In this document: positions 40,085 to 53,194 of the stretch, one piece after another | How positions within the stretch are numbered: position 1 is the stretch's first letter | Layout: every line of letters begins with the position of its first letter | Assembly: GCA_965235115.1 (NCBI GenBank) | Contig: OZ249450.1 | Coordinates: forward strand, 15,500,001 to 15,564,000 | Direction of reading: 5' to 3' | Origin: Laetmonice hystrix | Lineage: Eukaryota | DNA: 64,000 bases | The notes under the pieces: generated by a model | What the model was told of the DNA's origin: nothing | Database searches by the model: none | Seen by the model: the letters and a program-made list of their open reading frames with translations, nothing else | Program-made: the position numbers and the translations under genes

Positions 40085-40372
40085 ATGCGGAATACGATGT
40101 TGTGTGGCGGGTGGTTGATTGGGTGGAGTTGGCGATTGGTAGCCGTTGTGGTATTGTGGACGATGGTGACGGTCACCCAGCCGTCCTCAGGCTCAGCGCC
40201 CGCCAAGACCCGTCGAAAGGACATCTGGCTGCTCGGGCTGTTCCCGTTTAACGGCTCGTGGGCCGGGGGTCTGGGCCAGCTGCCCGCCGTACAGATGGGA
40301 CTAGCCGACGTGAATGCTGACCCGTACATTCTGCCGGACTATACCATCAGCCTCACGGTCAACAACACTGGG
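40085..40372 (+). CDS. First coding exon of a GABA-B receptor-like class C GPCR (signal peptide and start of the Venus flytrap/ANF-receptor domain)
   Basis: ATG at 40085 (second at 40097), hydrophobic leader, then IWLLGLFPFNGSWAGGLGQLPAVQMGLADVNADPYILPDYTISLTVNNTG. This aligns to GABBR1 [42 protein letters not shown]. The phase-0 GTAAGT donor at 40373 falls just before the expected conserved Cys. Subunit identity is uncertain, and receptor guanylyl cyclases share this fold. Confidence 0.85.
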
Positions 40373-43366
40373 GTAAGTAGACCAACTCATGACTTCCATA
40401 CATAAATCCTCAAAATCTCAGGCAGAGATAATAAAAAGTGTCAAAGATGTGAGTTAGAAGGATATTGCATAACCGATTTGTTGGCGGGAGTTAGGCGTGT
40501 TCCTGCAGGGAACACGCAGGGGGTGTGGTGGCCGGTTATCATCAGTCTGGGAGGTTTACATCTGCTATATGGCAACCACGCCAGCGAGTTGTTTTTCAGC
40601 CACTCAGATAGGGTACACGCGAACACTTAGCGCGCAAATACCACACCCGCAGGTTCCTGGGGGTGGCAGACAAGGTTACTACCACCGTCTGGGGTTCTCC
40701 AAGTACACGGGTGAAGGGGACACGAGGGCACCTCCAACGAACACCTGCAACCTTCACCTCTCTTCACGTGAGCCTCGCAGGCTATAACATTTGAAGTAGT
40801 GTATAGCGGCAGTATGTTGCCAACAACCAGTTATAGAAAACCACGTGTTGATAGCTCAAGCCATTGCCCAATAATTCCAGGCTTGTAGAATGTATAGCTT
40901 CTTTCCCGTGTATGTATGTGGTGTTGAATCTGGCGATAACAGCAAGTCAATGTATAGTTTTTTTTCGGATGGTAACATTTTTCCACATGCTCAGCATCTC
41001 TTCGGCTTCGGTTGGGTGTTTTAACAGGGCTGGTTCCAGCAGGTACATCTCCCGCGTCCGTCATGACGTAAACCATGACGTCACGTAGAGCTTATCCGGT
41101 TTACCAAGACGAGTGACGTACATTGAGCAAATACTTATGTTAATTCAGTCATGCGTTTATAGAAACTTCTACAGCTTCTCGTAGTCCTAGATCAGGAGCA
41201 AATTTTTAAAATGATTTATGGATCATGTCGTTGGGAAAGACAACATTGTGGGAAGTGTCATGCTTAAAGAACCTGATAAAAATAATGGTGGTTAAAGCAT
41301 GGTAAATCCATGATATGAGTGTATATGACCATGAGGCTGAGATCTCAATTTGTTGATCTGGTCAGAGGCCGTCGGTGACTGCATGGCGAGGTTTTATGGA
41401 GATGTAGTCCGACTGCGGTGTGTTTCACGCCGCCCTGGTCGAGAGGTAATAATTTATCCCTGATGGTCATACAGCTATTTCGGTGCCTCACGGTGTCAAT
41501 TCGGTCGGGGACAAGCATCGATCGATCAGTTGATTTATTCGGATAGAGGGATAGCCTGAAATAGATAAAGGGACCCCCCCCAACCTAAGGATAGGGATAG
41601 AGCGGCAGACAGATATCAACGAGAGCAATTGGAAGGCGGAAGCTAAGGGCACGGGACAAAAGTGGAAATTGACTTTCTATCATGGAGGATCGTGTTTCTG
41701 GTGGCAGCCAGCGGGACGGCCTGGTCAGGTTGGGGGTTTGTCCTCACGTGTCGGGTTGAGTAAAGGTGGTCGGCCCCGTCAAGGTTACGTCCACGTGGAC
41801 TACCCACTCCACATTCACTGACACTGGTCGCTTCCGTTTTCTCGCTCCCAGACTCTACCGTCGTCATAATGTATTTGCCAAATTGGTCCTGTTAGAATGC
41901 AAATCACTATGGATGAATGGTAAGAGAGCGCGGAGTGGTTCTTCTCATTGACAGAACCACCCAATCAAAGGTGACACCGAAATACGAGGCCAATATTCTA
42001 CATACTTCCTCAAATACGGGACACTTTTACAGGAGGTCTTGGTTACTGATGACAGCGCGTTTCGACATGATACGACTCGGCCAACTGGCACCTGGAATGA
42101 ATCAGAGTGCTGTTATAGCCAACTAATGAGGATGCCGGCGTCAGGTTCGAATTTCGATGACGACCTTAAAAATCAGAGACTGCGTTAGCTTTGATCTGTC
42201 CATTCCAGAGCAACGTCTGTGGAGTGGGCTGAATGATTCGTCCCGCCGCCATGTAGACGGAAACGGAGCAATGCGCAGGCCGCGTGCGCAGTCCGTCATA
42301 AACTACCGGCGACAAATGGAAGCCGTCGTATGATTTTTTCAGGAGGATGCTATCACTCACAGACATATAGAAAATACATCCATCGACTCTCCCGCGCGAC
42401 TTGCTGCACTCCGCGCCGTATTACCTACCATGCCAGGGTCCGCTTGGGGTCCCCGGCCTTCCTCCCCGTACTCTTTGATGTGTAATCTTCGAGACCCCAG
42501 CCTGTCAATCGTTCATACAAACCATTCCCAGCCACTTAGATATATACGAGTGTTGGCGGCCGGTGAGCATGAATTCAAGTGCGGTAAGCACATCCCATCT
42601 AGATTGTGAAGCGATATACGCAATACTTGGAGCGGCCGTCGGGTATAGAGTTGGGTGGGGATCGGTAGGTTGTATATACATGTAGGCCTAAAGCTCGCGG
42701 CTATAGCACAGAAATAACATTTACCTCAGCCACTCATTATGGTAAAGATCACAACACATAACACAGTATTTCTGGCGGCTGAGACCTCAAACTCCGCCTT
42801 ATTTGAGATTTACGGACATGAGTGGTAAAACAAAAGCCTACGGAAGTTTGGGATGGCTCCAGGCGAGAGACCCAAACGTGACAGTTGCTCTCTCCCACTC
42901 CTTCTGATTTTGACTAGAACGTTGTCTAAAGTCCACATGACAATTAGCCATGATCCATGATGTCATGAAAAAGCTGTAATTAGGATAACGCTCACATCAG
43001 ATGCGAGAAAAGTGATAGTAGTGTTATAATCAGCTGGCGCGCAAAGGGAGCTCAAAATAGGTTCCACAAAGTTTTCGTCTTCAAAGTTGTGATGAGGTTC
43101 CTAATTCATCTGAACTTTGGACCAGCTCTCCCCAGTTTGACATTGTCTCGGAGTTGGCGGGGGGGGGGGGGGGGGGTAGACCGTACCTCAGGGAGGATTT
43201 TTTTAAATCATGCCTTTGGGAATATCTGGAAGGGCTAAGATCAAGTACCCCAAGTCCCATCATATACACACATAGGCCTGCTATTTACAGTACATACCAC
43301 GTACATAGCAAACGATATAGGCGCTATATGTGACCAGACAACCGAACCCTTTCCCGGCTAACTATA

Positions 43367-45323
43367 TATCGGGTGGATAAAAAAAAACGCCCCGAACTTC
43401 AAACTTCAATATCTCAAAAAGTAATGATTGTAATTTAATGAAATTTTTTATAGTATAACTTCATGATGTTGTCTCTTAGTTATCAATGTTACAACTCAAT
43501 AGCTTGGATATTAATTCCGTGGCACTGAAAACAAAAATCAATGTCCAAAAGCGCAATGCCGGGCTAAAGCGTTTTATTGTCGCACATAGAGTCCCTGGCC
43601 TCACCTAGAGTAGGTGGTCAATCGGCCCCCCGTTTTCACCGCATACTGCTCTCAGTCTCTTCTTCCATGATCCAATACACTTCCTAATCTCTGATAGGGA
43701 AATATCTTCCCAACATTGGGCAATACGGTTTTTCAACTCTCGTTCAGTGAATTTCTCAATGCGACCACGATACACCTTCTCAACGAGAGAATTCCAGATG
43801 TGATAATCCATTGGATTACAGTCTGGTGACTGTGGAGGCCAGTCATCTTTCATAATAAACTCAGGCACAACTTCTGCAAGATGATCTTGTGTGACTTTAC
43901 TTGTATGGGATGTGGCCCCATCCTGCTGGAATATGTAATTGTCATCTGGGTACAGACGACGACAATCAGGAAGAAGTCCTTCATCCAAGAGTTTAATGTA
44001 ACGGGCAGAGTTAACCTTGGTTTTCTCAGTGTCTATGAAATGTATCCTTGTCTTTCCTCTCCATGAAACACCTGCGGAAACCATGACCTTTTTTGAAAAC
44101 CTTGAAGTCTCGTGATAAAGTCTGGAAACTGGAATGTCCTTTTTCCTTGTACCATAGACAACATCATTCTGTCTATTCCGGGCAATTTCCTGAGTAAAAT
44201 CCTTTTCATCAGTGAACATGATCCGTTCAACATCTTTCTTTGAATACCAGTCATTTAGTCGTTTGCAACGAGTTTTCCTCTTTTTCTGAACAGTTTTATC
44301 ACGCCGAGTCACTCTATTCCGTTTGAAAGCCTTGAGATGAAGTGCTTTAGTCATGTTCTGAATAGATCGACGACAAACTACCAGATCTTTAGCAATTTGC
44401 CGCTGTGATTTGTGCGTTCCCGGTTGTTCCTCCTGGGATGCTATCATTTCCCCGACATAGTCAATGTTCTGCTGCGTACAGGCAGTCCTAGGCCGACCAC
44501 TCCCCAGCTTTCTTGCAGTGGATCCTGTTGTTTCTAACCTTTTGATAATCTTATTAATCGAACTTCTGTTCCAGTTCTTTCCAGGGAATTCCTGTGCGAT
44601 CTTTGCTCCGCGCCATCCTTTCTCAACAAAACAAGTCTCAATCAAAGCCTTATCAGAACTACTGTAAACCATATTGAAAGCAGCTGTGTACAGACTGAAA
44701 TGAACAGTTTGTGGTCTTCCCGCACCATCTACAATGCATCCAGACTACATGACCCATTGACCCCATTTCTAAGACCACACTTGGCATGTGACACTTGATT
44801 GACAGGAGTGACGGAACGTTCTGAACGTGTTGCTAAACGTGATAATGATACGATTTCCCTTGAACTTCTGGTTACAGCAATATCGTCCTAATGTTGCAGT
44901 TTCTCTGTAGGGTTTGGCACATTAAACATCTGGTTTTCTCTAAAAGTACTATAAATATAAGGAATAGCACAAAATTTATTATATCTAGTGGTCCACAACA
45001 TTATAGGCCTACATATTGTAAAACATGCAAAACTAAATATTGATTTTTTTTTACCCAAGGTACAATGCGGTGCATTAAACAGGTGTGAAATTGGACACCT
45101 GACAGCTGCATGATATTTGACCTAATTCCGGCATTTCGTTTTTAGACACCGATTTTTGTTTTTAGCGCCACGGGATTAATATCAAAGCTATTGAGTTGAA
45201 ACTTTAACATACCAGAGATAATATCATGAAGTGATACGAAGAAAAATTTTATTGAATTACAGTGCATAGTTTTTGAAATATTGAAGTTTGAAGTTCGGGG
45301 CGTTTTTTTTTATCCACCCGATA
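43367..45323 (-). mobile_element. Full-length IS630-Tc1-mariner element, DD37D (maT) type
   Basis: TA TSD at 43365-43366 and 45324-45325. The outer 46 bp of the TIRs are a perfect inverted match (TATCGGGTGGATAAAAAAAAACGCCCCG...). Imperfect inversion continues to ~196 bp (43367-43562 vs 45128-45323). Confidence 0.96.
43605..44672 (-). CDS. DD37D transposase, intact 355 aa
   Basis: ATG to TAG uninterrupted. N-terminal HTH with GSGRPR; IMFTDEKDF, FQQDGATSH and WPPQSPDCNPMDY, with 37 residues between the 2nd and 3rd Asp. Minus-strand AATAAA at 43573-43578. Confidence 0.97.
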   Translation of the reverse strand: MVYSSSDKALIETCFVEKGWRGAKIAQEFPGKNWNRSSINKIIKRLETTGSTARKLGSGRPRTACTQQNIDYVGEMIASQEEQPGTHKSQRQIAKDLVVCRRSIQNMTKALHLKAFKRNRVTRRDKTVQKKRKTRCKRLNDWYSKKDVERIMFTDEKDFTQEIARNRQNDVVYGTRKKDIPVSRLYHETSRFSKKVMVSAGVSWRGKTRIHFIDTEKTKVNSARYIKLLDEGLLPDCRRLYPDDNYIFQQDGATSHTSKVTQDHLAEVVPEFIMKDDWPPQSPDCNPMDYHIWNSLVEKVYRGRIEKFTERELKNRIAQCWEDISLSEIRKCIGSWKKRLRAVCGENGGPIDHLL

Positions 45324-46394
45324 TATTTATATATATACCTGCGGTAGAGCAGTGAGATGACAGGAAGTGACATGTACATCGGCATGTGTTTGAAAGATGA
45401 CCTGGTCTTCCCTTACCCTGTCAAGCTGTACAGTTTTGATGGATCCCAGCACGACAGCTCGCCCATGCAGTGTCTTAAATTAAATTTTACCACCAACTGC
45501 AGGCAACGTATACCCAGCCTTTGCCCGCCAAAATGATTTCTGATTTTCGTTTTGATGTTATTATATTCTTTCTCATGCGCCAACATGTATTCAGTGTCTA
45601 TGATGCACATTCCAGAGCATTTATATGTGCGTGCATGGTTTATGTGTGGTGAGTCGCCATGTATAGGGGAATGTTGGGATAAGATTCAAGGGTTTCGAGA
45701 AGAAAACATGACCGATATGTTGTAGGAGCTCTCCGATATCAGATGCTAATCCTAACGATACCCCTTCATCGGAGGAAGGAAAGCGGGTTCCTTGAAGTGA
45801 AAAGGGGGTCGGCCTAGCGTCCGGTGGGCACAGGAGGGTCCGTGCCCGGGTGAAGGATGTCTATACACCATCCGCAATTAGTCCCGGGCCCGGAGTGGGC
45901 CGCCAACCCCGGCTATACAGCAGGAGACACTCCATCAACTATCCCTGCACCGACTCGCCGCCGGACGCCGTGCGGGAGGCGGGAGGCCATGCTTGCCTTG
46001 TCCGTGTCGCCCCGTCCTCCTGTCCCCGTACTCGGTTCATCTCAGCTTATGCTGGGAATCGCTGGAGAAATTCGGCCAAATCCGGAGAGATTGATATTGC
46101 CATCATGTTTGCTTCGCCCGATATCAAGAAAATAGGTCTATCGATTACTCAATAGCTGTGGATAGAGACATGGGAAGACAGAGAGTAGTTACCTACAGAT
46201 AAAACAAGCAAACAAAAGATAAAAATAGATGTTTTTTAAACGAAGAATATGTGCCCAAGGTTTGATGGAGAGGTGGGGGACTGTGTACTCAAGTACATAT
46301 GATAGAAAGAAAAAAGTGAACGCTTGGTATGTTGTCTTTGGACAATTATAATAGAAACTGTGAGGTCTAACCTCAAGATCTGGACTATATAAAA

Positions 46395-46595
46395 AGGTCC
46401 TTCACACTTCTAAGCAGAACTTTTTAGGCGTACGAACTTTATCGTCGTACGAACTTCGTAAGGAATTTTCGATGTTCGTATAGGTGATCGTGCAAACTAG
46501 ATTTTTGCTCACGAACTCCATTCACACTTCGAATTCTGCGAATTCACACTGCGAATTCACAAGCATGCAGTCATACGAACTTTAATTACGAACTT
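46395..46595. mobile_element. One-ended Harbinger-like MITE fragment
   Basis: Begins AGGTCCTTCACAC and has multiple TACGAACT/CGAATTC sub-repeats. No right TIR found. Confidence 0.4.
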
Positions 46596-47724
46596 GGTTC
46601 CCACTGCCATTGCCGTGTCAGTCAAAAAGCGTCCGTGTGAGAGGGTAGTTGTAGGAACCGGACATTTTTCTTTCTCCGGGCGCCATCTTTACTACAATGC
46701 CAAATACCGAAACGGGTCTAATAAATGGGACCATTCATCCCCTGATACGTCGTGGCATCCCGTTTCTGCCAATTTGATGGACCGACCAACCAGTTGATGG
46801 ACCGGTTTCATTAATACTCATGGCAGGCCCGTGGAACGCGTTCCCACAATTTCTCAACCTGCCACCATGGACAGCTCGTAATGTTGTGCGCAAAGAAAGA
46901 GTATCTCTTTGTGTGACAAACGGTGTCCTGTTGAACTGTGTCCTGTCGCAGGTCAACTGACCGGAGTATTTTGTTGTTGATGTTCCGGTTTCATGACCGA
47001 ACCCCTCTTTCAGGGACAGACCAACTTGAGGTGAATCTTAAAGTAAGAATTGGGCGGTTTCCCTTTGTGTAACCAAACATCTGTCCCTCAATACATGTCC
47101 TTTTAAAGAACCTCCTTTCAAATATTGGCTGATCCTGATCAGATGGCGAGGGAGCCTGTTGTTATCTTTGCTCCAATTACAGTGTTTATTTAACAACGGC
47201 AAATGGTGCAGGGATTAAGATAAATAATCGCACTGTAGTTATTGGAAATGTCAATCTCTCAGCGGATGACAGGTGAGCATGGTGATGCGCATGGATTCAG
47301 CTTCAGATCCCATTGGCATGAAGAGCCTGAAGCAATTTTCCCCTTGTCTTAGAAACCGCGCAACAAAGATTTGTATGGATCTGCCTCAATTTAAAGGTTG
47401 CGGTCAGTTTACAGAAGATGTAGTCAGTTGTTATTATAGCGCTAATGGTTTGTAGCTCATGTTCATTTACCAAGAGTTGTTGTTGATAGATTGACATGTT
47501 ATGTTTAGCATTAATAACCAGCAGTTAAAACCTCATGTGTCAATGACGGCAATCACAAGAACACGTGCCCGTTTCAAAAGCACGTTCAATTGTTTTTGTT
47601 TCATTCATTAATTTTGCTTATGCATGACATGCCATCTCATGTTTGCGTGAAGCGATGACTCCTTTTGTCACCCGATCTGACGTGAACAAAGACCATCGGT
47701 TCTCTTTGCAATCTGATCTTTTCA

Positions 47725-48115
47725 TAACACAGACCAGTGGGTACCTCTGGCATCTGATCTCATACCTCAGACTATTGGGTCCCTCTGGCATCTGATCTCA
47801 TAACGCATACCATTCGGTACCTCTGCCATCTGATCTCTTTATAACGCAGACCATTGGGTCCCTCTGCCACCTGATCTCTTGATAACGCAGACTATTGGGT
47901 ACCTCTGGCATCTGATCTCATAACGCAGACCATTGGGTCCCTCTGCCATCTGATCTCTGTACAACTCAGACCATTGGGTCCCTCTGCCATCTGATCTCTG
48001 TACAACTCAGACCATTGGGTACCTCTGCCATCTGGATCTCCTCATAACTCAGACCAGTGGGTACCTCTGCCATCTGATCTCCTCATAACTCAGACCAGTG
48101 GGTCCCTTTGCCAGC
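47725..48115. repeat. Minisatellite, ~37-43-bp variable unit x10, with decayed similarity to ~48480
   Basis: Core AGACCATTGGGT(A/C)CCTCTG(C/G)CATCTGATCTC repeated ten times. Confidence 0.92.
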
Positions 48116-48564
48116 GGATGCCTTCTTAATGAAGATTATCAGATCCCTTGTGATATCATAACATAGAGTCCCTTCAGCATCTAGTGCCATCTCTATGGGG
48201 ACAACTGAAGACCTTTGATTTCTGATATCTGTCATTCTAAACGTAGACCATTGAATACGTGAAACATCGTGTCGTGGCCCATTTCACCCCACTAAACATT
48301 TGGCCCATTTGCCATCTGATATCTTAGACCATGGAATCATTTTCGTTCGAGCTAGAAGCTACTTAACGTACATCAGTGAATCCCTTTGGCATATTGTCCG
48401 TTCTTAACTTATAAACCAATGTAATCTTTGACCATCTTATAATGTCCACTTGACGTAGGTCAATGGCTTTCTTGCCATAGCTTGTTGTGTGAACGTTTGT
48501 CTCTGCCTTTGTCTAACCATATCGTACCGTGGAGTCTGCCATTGCCGTGTCAGTCATTTTAGAT

Positions 48565-48916
48565 AGTACCACTGAGGTAGTGTTATTAGCATACCAATCA
48601 GGTGTAGTCAAACGTCACAGTGAGTACCACTGAGGTAGTGTTATTAGCATACCAATCAGGTGTAGTCAAACGTCACAGTGAGTACCACTGAGGTAGTGTT
48701 ATTAGCATACCAATCAGGTGTAGTCAAACGTCACAGTGAGTACCACTGAGGTAGTGTTATTAGCATACCAATCAGGTGTAGTCAAACGTCACAGTGAGTA
48801 CCACTGAGGTAGTGTTATTAGCATACCCATCAGGTGTAGTCAAACGTCACAGTGAGTACCACTGAGGTAGTGTTATTAGCATACCCATCAGGTGTAGTCA
48901 TTTAAACGTCACAATG
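48565..48916. repeat. Minisatellite, 58-bp unit x6
   Basis: AGTACCACTGAGGTAGTGTTATTAGCATACCAATCAGGTGTAGTCAAACGTCACAGTG at 48565, 48623, 48681, 48739, 48797 and 48855; copies are near identical. Confidence 0.97.
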
Positions 48917-51900
48917 AGGTGGCAATGATGCCTGCGTACAGAGGGAGACATGATAACGCCATGCAGGCATTCACCTGGATCTCTGTCATGACGGCAGCCA
49001 GTATGTACCTGACAGTTCGGGTTTAATTCATTGTCTGTATTGATGGTCTGTTGACCTATAGGATTGATCGAAGTATCTCAATATAATCCTCCAGTGGCTG
49101 CAGCAATGGTCACGGGCGTGTCGTCGTGTTGACAAAGGTCGCCGGTGCAATATCCGCTCGTGTCCCTATTCCACCTGCGTGAACACGTCGATTTATACAC
49201 CAGCGTATTAATCAACCTCGCCGTACATCTATTTATCGGTCCATACAAGGTGTGGATTCACCGCTTGGAAACCGGCCAGTTTTACTAACAACCATTGATT
49301 ACCTTCGGTCTCAGTTACCTTGTGGAACACACCCACAGTGTTTTGATAACTTGCGATGTCTACATTTTTTTTTATAATAATGACTCCCATTAAGGATTCA
49401 TGTCATTGGGAGTTGGCACAAAGGAGGTATCTCAGAGGGGGCGTCACCTTGCCTGCATGCAGACAATACGACTTGACATAGCCGTGTGTGTCCGCATTAG
49501 TTAATCAACGGCCAGGAAAGAGCATTAGCGACACGCACCCTCACACCTCCTGTGTCTGTCAGGGGAGTGGAAATGATGCTTGCTCGCATCGATCCCTCCA
49601 GTCCTTGTATACGTGCAGAGCAAAGAGCTATGGACAACGTGTAGCTGAACGTGATATTCCACTTCACGTTTTCATCGGAGCTCACACTCGTATACATGTC
49701 ACCGGTAACTGTCAAATATGGGAAACTGCAACTGATGTAATACCAACGCTGGGAGGAGCCCACTCGACTTAATACAGGGGTCTATATTAGCACCGTACTT
49801 CATTGGCAGCGGGTATTCATGTTATAAGTATTTGTATAGGGTATTATAATGCCCATGCATATTTTACCATTTTTATTGTGGTAATGAAATCAAATGTTGC
49901 ACTATTGTTGTCTCTAAACATCCATACTTTCATCTACAACAAAAAGGGACGAGTAATAATTTATGAGAATTGGATGTAGATACTCAACCGTAAGAGGTTC
50001 TATGCAATACGGTGTATGGACATTGACAAGTTATTGAATGCGGGGAAACCTGCCTGACGTGGTCAAGCCGTCTAATTTGTAATGTGTAGTAGAATCATTT
50101 CTAGGCGTAGTGCTTTGGCCACTGAAAGCGGCCAGACTTCTGGTAAAAAAAAGGATCTGGAGCCCATAGCTCAGATTATTAATAACTTAACCTTTAAAGA
50201 GAAATGTAATTAAACAGAACCGGACAGTGCTGATTGGACTGAAGAAAAGTCCATGAAATCGCATACACACGTCGTCTTCTGACGACGGTAGTCGTTGTAG
50301 GGATTAGCGTAGCCGTCGCCATTTTAATTGATGTCGGTTTGGATACTTGACCAGCAATAATGACCAGTCATTTAGGTGTGGTCGGAATTGGAGGCCAGAT
50401 ATCTGGCCGCTTCAAGTGTACCTCCTCCTCTAACGGATGGCTGTCATGAGGCTGTGGCATACTTCGTGCCTTTTCGTCAACGAATCCATTACCGGTGGGA
50501 AATGGCGGGTTTCTATGACGTCTTGACCTTTGGAAGACGTTTCCATGAAATACCAGACGTCTTTCCATGACGTAATATTGTAGGCAGTACAATCTCGAGA
50601 ATTCCCAGTTCATTTCCTCATTTCTGATTAGCCGTTTTTCCATGACAACCATTAAATGTACATCGATCGTGGCGTCTCCGTGGCCGATTGACCCCAGGAT
50701 TGTGCGAGACTATCGAGGCAGGGGACGTTTATGTCACGTGACTTTCTGGACCAATTATCTTCCATCTGGCTGACCACCGGTTACCTAGGATACCTCTTCT
50801 CGTAATGACCTGGGAGCATTATCTTTATAACCGAACCGGACATGTTTACTAGCGAGGAGCTAACTTTAGGAGGTATTTGACTGGGTGAAGGGTGATTGGA
50901 CATATAAAAGTCCTGATCGTGGTCAGGGCTGATTACTTTCTCTTATTTGTAAATGGAATAAAACATGACAGAAAGGTTGAATGGCACGGTTTGCGAGCAG
51001 TCGGGATTTAGCATATTTCGGTTTATTTGCACCTATATAACAGGGCCGTGCCCAGGTCAATTGTTGAGGTGTCTCTAAGCTTTTCCCCGGTCCTATAGAA
51101 AAAAATTATGTTGAACCATTTGAAGCGAGAGAATTTAAACTTTTCCTGTGAGCTGACGCCTGGACCTCCTTGCAGGACATTGAAGTTTGGAAGAAGACGT
51201 AACACCCGCAATTTAAACCATTTAAAACATCTGAGGCGCGATGCTTTAGATTTAGAATGTAAGGTTATTAATGATCAATTAAGATAGAAAACACCCCTGC
51301 ACTTCAGTCTTAATTATGTAAAAATGAATACAAAAGTTGTATCTCCCGTCCGAACATGAGGTGTTAGAACGCTGTGTTAAATTCCTGACAATGTGACGTT
51401 TTCTTCGTGAAGAAAACGATCCGTGAAGCTACCTGCGATATATGAGACGGAGACAGCTGTCATTCCGCTAGTCGTTCACTAATCTATTCTAAGAGAATGC
51501 CGTTTATTCTGACGCCAAGATTAAGCTATCATTATAATGTACCACTTCTTGCAACAGACGATTGCGAGTGTTCTACATAGATATGTATGAGTTATGCAGA
51601 CATCTCCGTTTCTTGAATGAGCAACGTGGGGAGTTTTGATTGAAATTTCATCTTCGCGGTCATTTTTGGCAGGAGAAAGTCACGAAAACACGATTGAGAA
51701 TTGATAAACATTATGGTGCAGACCATTACACCCCTTTTTCGCATCTGTTAAATGTTAAATACATTACTGGTCTAGAATTTTTCTCACTAGACTGTCACGG
51801 TCTTGGCATAGGCCTATACTCAACATAATGAGACGATAATACACTCAAAATTGACATGAGAAGATTATACTAGATTTTACCCTTGAACAGATTGCCAGTA

Positions 51901-53194
51901 ATTTAATATGTTTTCAACAGATTGGTGTAGGTTCCACAATGCAGTTTGGATACAACCTTATACGTTGGCGATACAGTACTTTTGATCTACCGTATAGTCT
52001 GCTGGAAGTTTACGGCCTACTATATGAAGCAGCGGTGTCCATAACGCGAGCTTGTCTGAACGCTTGTCGGGCTTCCAGTTGGCTTCCTTTAGCACCTCAT
52101 AGATACAACTCACGATAGGACTCGGTTGGGTTGGGTGATGGTTGGGTAAAGTTATGTCCTTGGACAAGTTCCGCGAGGTACAGTTATAGGTAATGACGTA
52201 TTACTTGGAGCAGATGTTATTGGTTGATTTCGATCGCTGTCCGTGGCTCCTGAAGACGTTACACCACTGGAATGTCGTCTCTTGATTCTGTATATTACAA
52301 CTTACCGCCCATCATGACCCTTTCACAGTAGAAGCGATTGTATAGCGCCAATTGCTCTCGGATACGCCTGGTTGTTAGGGGAAACCAGTAAGGAGGTCAT
52401 TGGGTTGTCTGGAACTGATGGAGCGGAGGTCATGAAATGTGGGAGGCCAGCAGATGGCCTGGCCATGCTGGGTGATGTTGACAAGAGGCACACTCGTCAG
52501 ATATCATCACCGTATCAGTCACTGCCACCAATGGCACCTCTACCGACTGCCGTATCAGAGACAGCACCGGTTGGCCACCATCGCCGGCCGACCAAAGACC
52601 TGCCGCCGGCAGTGGCTACATGGTCACTGGCCTCCCCATGCTGAGGACTACCTCGCTCAAGTCGGCGGCCAATGCCGTATGCTGGTGACCAAAGGATAGA
52701 TTTAATATCTGCCACCATTGTGTAACAGGTAATTCTGATAATTGAAGGATTATCTAATTAGTTTGGTAAGAATTGTCTTCCCTAGCGGGTAATTTGATAA
52801 CACGTGTCGTTTTATGGCTGTACAATCGCTCTTATCTTTGTTATAGTCCCACATATGTAGGAAAACATATCTTAGATAGCCAGAAGAGGATCTTCACGTG
52901 CCAAGATCGGTTTAGGTCGCGTGATATAATGTCTGTATAATAATAAATGTTTATATGGGGCTCCTAGCTGCCTTCATGGGGTTGATGAGCAATCATACTG
53001 TATATAGCCACTTAGCGATGTTATCGGTTCTAACGTCAGACCGGCCTATAGATGTGACATATAGTTCACCCACGCCTCTAGATGTGAACCACGCGATAAC
53101 ACCTTACGCCCTAGACCCGGCCCAGGCCCGGCCCAGACCCGGCCCAGACCCAGGCCGAGCAGATCGGGGCGGAGCCCTGACGACAGCTTGATAA

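Noticed and set aside
42110-42165. GGTTCGAAT B-box suggesting a tRNA or tRNA-derived SINE
   Set aside because: No A-box at proper spacing and no cloverleaf.
50233-50260. CTGAAGA...GAAA resembling a hammerhead ribozyme core (similar near-misses at ~6670-6700 and ~59054)
   Set aside because: Stem II cannot form, or the conserved GAAA is missing.
52372-52699. ORFs considered as GPCR exon 2
   Set aside because: No Cys-initiated Venus-flytrap continuation and no good splice sites.
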